Shown here: positions 58,338 through 64,000 of the stretch, in pieces
Numbering within the stretch: position 1 is the first letter of the stretch
Layout of the letters: every line of letters begins with the position of its first letter
Assembly: GCA_045811385.1 (NCBI GenBank)
Contig: JBJMUB010000090.1
Coordinates: forward strand, 437 to 64,436
Source: Sphingomicrobium sp.
GTDB taxonomy: Bacteria; Pseudomonadota; Alphaproteobacteria; Sphingomonadales; Sphingomonadaceae
Direction: 5' to 3'
DNA length: 64,000 nucleotides
Notes under the pieces: generated by a model
Seen by the model: the letters and a program-made list of their open reading frames with translations, nothing else
Databases searched by the model: none
Told to the model about the DNA's origin: nothing
Position numbers and translations under genes: made by a program

Positions 58338-58365
58338 GGTACGCTCCTCCAATTTTCGTGAAGGA

Positions 58366-58391
58366 AACCAACCGGCTGGCGCGGATGTTCC
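58366..58391 (-). promoter_or_regulatory. EcfG-type promoter of the hemerythrin gene
   Basis: GGAAC-N17-GGTT on the minus strand. Confidence 0.55.
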
Positions 58392-58397
58392 TACGGC

Positions 58398-58649
58398 ATG
58401 GGCCATCCGCACATCACCGCCCCGGTCTTTCTCGGAATCGACTGGAAGGGGCTCGGCTACCTCGTCTCGATCCTCAGCGTGCTCCTGCTCGGGGCGATCG
58501 CCTGGCCCGGCCCCGCCGATCCGCGGTGGCACGCCCCGGTGCTCATCGCCGGAATGACGACATCGGTGCTCGGCATGGCCCTGCGCTACAAGGCCCACCT
58601 CGATCAGCAGCGCGAATTGAAAAAGGCCGAAGCCGAAGCGAAACGCTAG
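58398..58649 (+). CDS. Small two-TM hypothetical protein
   Basis: GYLVSILSVLLLG and GMTTSVLGMALRY hydrophobic segments. Confidence 0.7.
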   Translation: MGHPHITAPVFLGIDWKGLGYLVSILSVLLLGAIAWPGPADPRWHAPVLIAGMTTSVLGMALRYKAHLDQQRELKKAEAEAKR

Positions 58650-59954
58650 TCAGCGGCGCCTGCGCCCCGACCCGCTGTCGCCGCTGCCGACTTCGGGCTC
58701 GCTGTCGATCGCGCTCGGCGCCTGCCCCGCCACGTCGAGCTCCAGCCAGTCGCGGAAGGGCAGGTGATAGACCATGTCCATGACTTCGAACTCCAGCCCG
58801 CCCGGCTGGTTGGTGTTGCTGTTCCACAGCGCCACGACGCCGCTTTTCTTGGCCGGGTCGAACAGGATCAGCGAACGGTAGCCGTTGATCCCGCCGCGGT
58901 GGCCGACGATGTGGTGCCCGGCATAATCATAGCTTCGCCAGCCGAACCCGTACCAGGCGGTGCCGAGCCGCTCGAGGAACTTGCGCAGCCGCCCGCGCTC
59001 GCCCGGAGTGACGACGTACGGCGCATGGATCGTATCGAGCACGTTTCCGTCAAGCACGTCGGGCATCTCGCCCATCTGCGCCAGCATCCACAGCGACATG
59101 TCTTTGATGTTGCTGTTGATCCCGCCCGCGCCGGGCACCTTGTAATAGGTGTCGACCATCGGCAGCGGCCGCTTGCCGGTGCTGTGCGGCCGGGCCCAGC
59201 TGCGGCTCCCCTCGAGCCCGGCCAGCGACACGCTGCCGCTCGTCATCCCGATCGGATTGAACAAATAGCGCCGGACCGCCTGCTCGTACGGCAGACCCGT
59301 CGCGCGGCTGACCATCTCGCTCGACGCGTCATAAGCGACGTTCTGGTACGACCAGCACGTCCCCGGCGGGCAGGTCGGGTTGAGCAGCGCGAGCTGGGTC
59401 CGAAGGAAGCTCGGGTCCTGCCCTTCCTCGAGCTTGTTGTCGTAGGCATTGCGGTACAGCCCGAGCCGATGCGACAGCAGGTCCGCGACCGACGCCTTGT
59501 ATTCGTTGCTCGCCGGCAGCTTGAGGTCCGGCGCATAATTCACAACCGGCGCTTTGAGGTCGATCTTGCCCTGCTCGGCGAGCTTGGCGACCATGGTTGC
59601 CGCCACGCCCTTCGACACCGAGGCCCAGCGGAACACCGTGTCGGGAGTCACCGGCTCGCCCGATCCGGCGACCGTCTCGCCATAACCATGAAGGAAGGTG
59701 ATCCGGCCGTTCTCGACCACTCCGACGGCAAGGCCGACCATTGCCGGCTTGGTCATCAATTGCTTCAGCCGCCGGTCGAGCAGGCCGTAGTCGACGTCCC
59801 GCCGTGCGTCGGTCGACAGCGCGGCCAGCCGCAGATGCGCCTCGGTCGGCTTGTCCGAACCGGTTTTGGTGTCGGCGTGCGGCCGGGTGGCAAGCAACGA
59901 CGCGCCCATCAGGAGAGCGACGGCGCCCAGTCCGACCTTCACCGACCTATCCAA
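58650..59954 (-). CDS. Serine hydrolase, beta-lactamase class C-like
   Basis: FRWASVSK (SxxK), LLSH, YQN, GHRG. Confidence 0.9.
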   Translation of the reverse strand: MDRSVKVGLGAVALLMGASLLATRPHADTKTGSDKPTEAHLRLAALSTDARRDVDYGLLDRRLKQLMTKPAMVGLAVGVVENGRITFLHGYGETVAGSGEPVTPDTVFRWASVSKGVAATMVAKLAEQGKIDLKAPVVNYAPDLKLPASNEYKASVADLLSHRLGLYRNAYDNKLEEGQDPSFLRTQLALLNPTCPPGTCWSYQNVAYDASSEMVSRATGLPYEQAVRRYLFNPIGMTSGSVSLAGLEGSRSWARPHSTGKRPLPMVDTYYKVPGAGGINSNIKDMSLWMLAQMGEMPDVLDGNVLDTIHAPYVVTPGERGRLRKFLERLGTAWYGFGWRSYDYAGHHIVGHRGGINGYRSLILFDPAKKSGVVALWNSNTNQPGGLEFEVMDMVYHLPFRDWLELDVAGQAPSAIDSEPEVGSGDSGSGRRRR

Positions 59955-60116
59955 ATTTTACTCTCCCCGCCCGTCACCCGTCTGGCGCGGCGGTTCCAGG
60001 CCCTCAACTGCAGCCTTAACGCGGTTGCGACAGGGCGATTCAGCGATGCGACGAACGGCCTTCTGGCCTTCGCGGTTCCACTCCCTTAAGAGCGCCGCCC
60101 GGGAGAGCGAACGACG

Positions 60117-60428
60117 ATGCAGTTCCTGAAGACCATTTTCTGGGTGCTGGTCGCGGTCCTCGTCGTCCTCTTTGCCACGCGCAACTGGACCCCGGTGACG
60201 GTCAGCCTGTGGGCCAACCTCCAGGCCGACATCAAGCTCCCGGTTCTCCTGCTGATCGCCTTCCTGCTCGGCTGGCTCCCGACCTGGCTGATCCACCGCG
60301 CGCGGCTGTGGACCCTGGGCCGCCGGCTCGACGCATTCGAACGGCAGCGCGCGGCTTCCGAGACGGTTGCTCCGACGCCGGCCGAACCATTGTCGGCACA
60401 ACCGGAAGGCGCTGAGCCGTCGGCATGA
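60117..60428 (+). CDS. LapA (DUF1049)-like membrane protein
   Basis: Two TMs, FATRN..PV.V; upstream of pyrF. Confidence 0.75.
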   Translation: MQFLKTIFWVLVAVLVVLFATRNWTPVTVSLWANLQADIKLPVLLLIAFLLGWLPTWLIHRARLWTLGRRLDAFERQRAASETVAPTPAEPLSAQPEGAEPSA

Positions 60429-61114
60429 ACCCGATCTTCGTCGCCATCGATACGACCGATGTGCACAACGCCGCGGCGCTCGCCCGCGACCTCCGCGGGC
60501 TTGTCGGCGGAGTGAAGCTCGGGCTCGAATTCTTCTGCGCCAATGGCGAGGACGGCGTCTTGCGCATCGCCGAGGGCGAGCTGCCGGTGTTCCTCGACCT
60601 CAAGCTTCACGACATCCCCAACACGGTCGGCAAGGCCGTAGCCGCAATCGCGCATCTCGAACCTTCCGTTCTCACCGTTCACGCGGCGGGCGGCAGCGCC
60701 ATGATGCGCGCAGCAAAAGACGCCGCTCCACCAGGGACGAAGATCGTCGGAGTGACCGTGCTGACCAGCCTCGATCAGGCCGACCTTGTCGCGGCAGGCG
60801 TGTCCGGTTCCGCCGGCGACCAGGTGCGGCGGCTGACCGCGCTCGCGCAGGAGGCGGGGATCGACGGCGTCGTCTGTTCGGGCGAGGAAGTCGCCGCCGC
60901 GCGCGCCGCCTGGCCGGAGGGCTTTCTCGTGGTCCCCGGGGTCCGGCCGCCGGGCGCCGACGCCGCCGATCAGAAGCGCATCGTCACGCCGCGCCAGGCG
61001 CTGGACGACGGGGCTTCGATCCTCGTCATCGGCCGTCCGATCACCGCCGCCCTTGATCCCGAGCGCGCCATCGCCGACATCACCGCCGGCCTCCGAAGCG
61101 ACGCGAGTATCTGA
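60425..61114 (+). CDS. pyrF: Orotidine-5'-phosphate decarboxylase
   Basis: [31 protein letters not shown]. Confidence 0.96.
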   Translation: MNPIFVAIDTTDVHNAAALARDLRGLVGGVKLGLEFFCANGEDGVLRIAEGELPVFLDLKLHDIPNTVGKAVAAIAHLEPSVLTVHAAGGSAMMRAAKDAAPPGTKIVGVTVLTSLDQADLVAAGVSGSAGDQVRRLTALAQEAGIDGVVCSGEEVAAARAAWPEGFLVVPGVRPPGADAADQKRIVTPRQALDDGASILVIGRPITAALDPERAIADITAGLRSDASI

Positions 61115-61115
61115 G

Positions 61116-61973
61116 ATGAGTTGGCTCAGCCGAGTCCGCAGCGGCATCCCGTTCCTGCCAAAGCGCCAGAGCGCCGAGAATCTGTGGCACAAATGCTCGC
61201 GCTGCGGGACGATGGTCTTCCTCAAGGAATGGGAGGAGAATTACAGCGTCTGCCCGCGCTGCGATTTCCACGATCGGATCGGCCCCAGGGACCGGTTCGA
61301 GCAGCTGTTCGACGCCGCGAAATACGAGATTTTGGCTGCACCGGAGGTCCGCGAAGACCCGCTTCGGTTCAAGGACAGCAAGCGCTACACCGACCGCCTC
61401 AAGGCCGCCCGCGCTGCGACCAGCGAGCGCGACGCTCTGATCAATGCCCGCGGCCGGATCGACGGCCATAAGGTGGTCCTCGGGGTCCAGGATTTCGCAT
61501 TCATGGCGGGATCGATGGGCATTGCCGTTGGCGCCGCCTTCCTCGCTGGAGTGCGCGCCGCGATCGCCGACCATTGCCCGTACGTCATCTTCACCGCCTC
61601 GGGCGGAGCGCGGATGCAGGAAGCGGTCCTGTCGCTGATGCAACTGCCGCGCACCACCGTTGCGCTGCAGGAACTCAAGGAAGCCGGCCTGCCCTACATC
61701 GTCGTGCTGACCGACCCGACGACCGGCGGAGTCACCGCTTCCTACGCCATGCTCGGCGACGTCCAGCTGGCCGAGCCCGGAGCGCTGATCGGCTTCGCCG
61801 GCCAGCGGGTCATCGAGCAGACCATCCGCGAGAAGCTCCCCGAAGGCTTCCAGCGCGCCGAATATCTGGTCGAGCACGGCATGATCGACATGGTCGTTCC
61901 GAGGAGCGAACTCAGGGAGCGCCTCGGTCTGCTGATTTCCTATCTTTGCCCGGAGGCGAAGCAGGCCGCCTGA
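61116..61973 (+). CDS. accD: Acetyl-CoA carboxylase carboxyltransferase beta
   Basis: LWHKC..C...C..C zinc finger, [24 protein letters not shown]. Confidence 0.96.
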   Translation: MSWLSRVRSGIPFLPKRQSAENLWHKCSRCGTMVFLKEWEENYSVCPRCDFHDRIGPRDRFEQLFDAAKYEILAAPEVREDPLRFKDSKRYTDRLKAARAATSERDALINARGRIDGHKVVLGVQDFAFMAGSMGIAVGAAFLAGVRAAIADHCPYVIFTASGGARMQEAVLSLMQLPRTTVALQELKEAGLPYIVVLTDPTTGGVTASYAMLGDVQLAEPGALIGFAGQRVIEQTIREKLPEGFQRAEYLVEHGMIDMVVPRSELRERLGLLISYLCPEAKQAA

Positions 61974-63280
61974 TGGAGGTGGTGAAGACCGCCAACCCGG
62001 CCCTGGCGGAGATCCTCCAGCGCCAGGCGACGCAATATGCGGGCGACTATGTGCTCGGGCTGGGCCGCATCACCGAGCTGCTCGAGCGGCTCGGCCGGCC
62101 GCAGGACTGCTTGCCCCCGGTGTTCCATGTCGCCGGCACCAACGGCAAGGGCTCGACCTGCGCCTTCCTCCGCGCCGCCCTCGAAGCCGCGCGCTACAAG
62201 GTCCATGTTTTTACCAGCCCGCACCTGATCCGCTATAACGAACGGATTCGCCTCGCCGGACGGCTGATCGGCGACGAGCAATTGATCGAGACCATGACCC
62301 GGGTGCTCGATTGCAATGACGGAATCGGCGCGAGCTTGTTCGAGATCAACACTGCCGCAGCGCTGCTCGCATTCGCCGAGGTTGCGGCCGATGCCTGCAT
62401 CCTCGAAGTCGGGCTCGGCGGCCGGCTCGATGCGACCAACGTCATCGACCGGCCGCTGGTGACCGCGATCGCCAGCCTTGCCGTCGACCACCAGCAATTC
62501 CTCGGAAGTCGCCTGTCCGGCATCGCTGCCGAGAAAGCCGGGATCGCCAGGCGCGGGGTCCCGCTCGTCACCCAGCTCTATCCGCCGCAGGTCGCTTCGC
62601 GCATCTGGCAGGTCGCGCGTGACACGGGCGCGCTGTGGCTCCCGCGCGGCGCCGAGTGGGACGCTGCGATCCGCCACGGGAAGCTGCGCTATCGCGACGA
62701 AGCGGGCACGCTCGATCTTCCGCTTCCGCGCCTCCCCGGCAGGCACCAGGCGATGAATGCCGCGCTGGCAATAGCTATGCTCCGCCATCAGCAGCTGCTC
62801 GAAGTGCCGGACGGCGCGCTGCGCGACGGAATCGTTCGCGCCGACTGGCCGGCGCGGATGCAACAACTGTCCGACGGCCCGCTGACTCGCCTGCTTCCAG
62901 CAGGCAGCGAGCTGTGGCTCGACGGCGCCCACAATCCCTCGGCCGCTCGGGCGATCGCGGAAACGGTCCAGCTCCGCTTCGCCGACGATCTCCCGCTGGT
63001 CGTGCTGTTCGCGAGTCTCGGGACCAAGGATCCCAAGGGGACCCTGACGCCGTTCCGCGGGCTTGCCGCGCAAGTCCTGACCGTCCCCATTCCGGACCAC
63101 GACCACCGCGCCCCGGCGGAGCTTGCCGAGCTCGCGAGGACTCTCGGCTTCCGCGCGGAGCCCCATGGCTCTGCCGAGAAAGCGCTGAGCGCGATCGCGG
63201 TTCCCGCTCGCGTGCTGATCTTCGGCTCGCTGTATCTCGCCGGCGAGGTGCTCGCCGCCAATGGCGAGATACCCGATTAG
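61973..63280 (+). CDS. folC: Folylpolyglutamate synthase/dihydrofolate synthase
   Basis: HVAGTNGKGS, SPHL, EVGLGGRLDATN, LDGAHNP, FGSLYL. Confidence 0.95.
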   Translation: MEVVKTANPALAEILQRQATQYAGDYVLGLGRITELLERLGRPQDCLPPVFHVAGTNGKGSTCAFLRAALEAARYKVHVFTSPHLIRYNERIRLAGRLIGDEQLIETMTRVLDCNDGIGASLFEINTAAALLAFAEVAADACILEVGLGGRLDATNVIDRPLVTAIASLAVDHQQFLGSRLSGIAAEKAGIARRGVPLVTQLYPPQVASRIWQVARDTGALWLPRGAEWDAAIRHGKLRYRDEAGTLDLPLPRLPGRHQAMNAALAIAMLRHQQLLEVPDGALRDGIVRADWPARMQQLSDGPLTRLLPAGSELWLDGAHNPSAARAIAETVQLRFADDLPLVVLFASLGTKDPKGTLTPFRGLAAQVLTVPIPDHDHRAPAELAELARTLGFRAEPHGSAEKALSAIAVPARVLIFGSLYLAGEVLAANGEIPD

Positions 63281-64000
63281 GTCCTAAGGCCGGTCAGCTC
63301 CTTCGTCGCCCACTCGTACATTGGCCCCTGCGATGCTCGCGTGTGGCGATCGATATATTTCATCCGATGCTCGACCTCCTCCAGGACGCGCTGCGCTTCG
63401 ACGCGGCGTCCCATCTTCAGCGCGAGCGCGGCGTAGCGACAGCGCGCCTCGTCGCCAGGCATCCGGTCCATCACGTCGGCATAGAGTTCTAGCGCCTCGT
63501 CGTTGCGGCCGACGTCCTCAAGGATCCGCCCACGCAGCAACGTCGTGCGATCCTGGTCCGACTGCGCAGTCACCTTGGGCAGTGCATCGAGCACCGACAG
63601 GGCTTCATCGGGACGGTCGTTGAAATACAGCGAGCGAGCCAGCTTCTCCCCGGTCCGCAAGTCGGGCCGCGGCCCGGCTCCGCGCTGATAAAGCGGCAGC
63701 GCCTCGCCGTGCCGGCCGAGTTCGGTCAGCGCGTCGGCGACTCGAATCCGGTTGGCCATGGTGTCGGCGACGTCGAGCGCCTGTTGCGCCGCGCGCAGCT
63801 CGCGCTCCGGGTCGAGCTTCTCGATCACCGTCTGCCGGGCCGTCCGGACATGCCGGTTGTGCTGCAGCGTCGGCAGGATCTCGACGATAAAATAAGCGAT
63901 CGCGCTCGCCACCGGCAGGAATACGAGGGCCATGATCCAGATCGTGTTCCGCCCCCGTCGGATCACGTCGACGATGCAGTAGATCTGCAGCGCGAGGATG
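63277..64000 (-). CDS. Membrane-anchored TPR-like protein (5' end beyond the window)
   Basis: N-terminal hydrophobic segments, helical repeats, PGDEARCRYA. Confidence 0.75.
   Translation of the reverse strand, partial: ILALQIYCIVDVIRRGRNTIWIMALVFLPVASAIAYFIVEILPTLQHNRHVRTARQTVIEKLDPERELRAAQQALDVADTMANRIRVADALTELGRHGEALPLYQRGAGPRPDLRTGEKLARSLYFNDRPDEALSVLDALPKVTAQSDQDRTTLLRGRILEDVGRNDEALELYADVMDRMPGDEARCRYAALALKMGRRVEAQRVLEEVEHRMKYIDRHTRASQGPMYEWATKELTGLRT

Overview
GC-rich alphaproteobacterial chromosome segment; gene content and order fit a sphingomonad. Housekeeping genes include ydbL-ynbE-ydbH, radC, purB, dnaK-dnaJ, fabD-fabG, rpsF-rpsR-rplI, tRNA-Val(UAC), cysQ, uvrD and pyrF-accD-folC. 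A ~16 kb minus-strand gene transfer agent (RcGTA-like) head-tail cluster spans 30217-46140, with a probable regulator pair (DUF6456/GafZ-like and XRE) at 22500-23656. Main observations: (1) a ~540 nt ORF-free, densely structured minus-strand element at ~48066-48610, with a long 5'/3' closing helix, many tetraloop hairpins, its own terminator and tandem DnaA-box-like 9-mers upstream; it looks like an unannotated large ncRNA; (2) the GTA cluster has no terminase genes, only a 17-codon mini-ORF in their place behind a promoter and early terminator, and it carries an 859-aa beta-helix spike plus two antisense inserts; (3) REP-like palindromes lie in frame inside uvrD; (4) two non-receptor proteins of an ECF-sigma locus carry TonB-box-like motifs; (5) a chromophore-less phytochrome PAS-GAF remnant; (6) trpFBA is missing between pyrF and accD. 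Three +1 homopolymer frameshifts may be sequencing errors. All family calls come from motif recognition by eye, not database searches.
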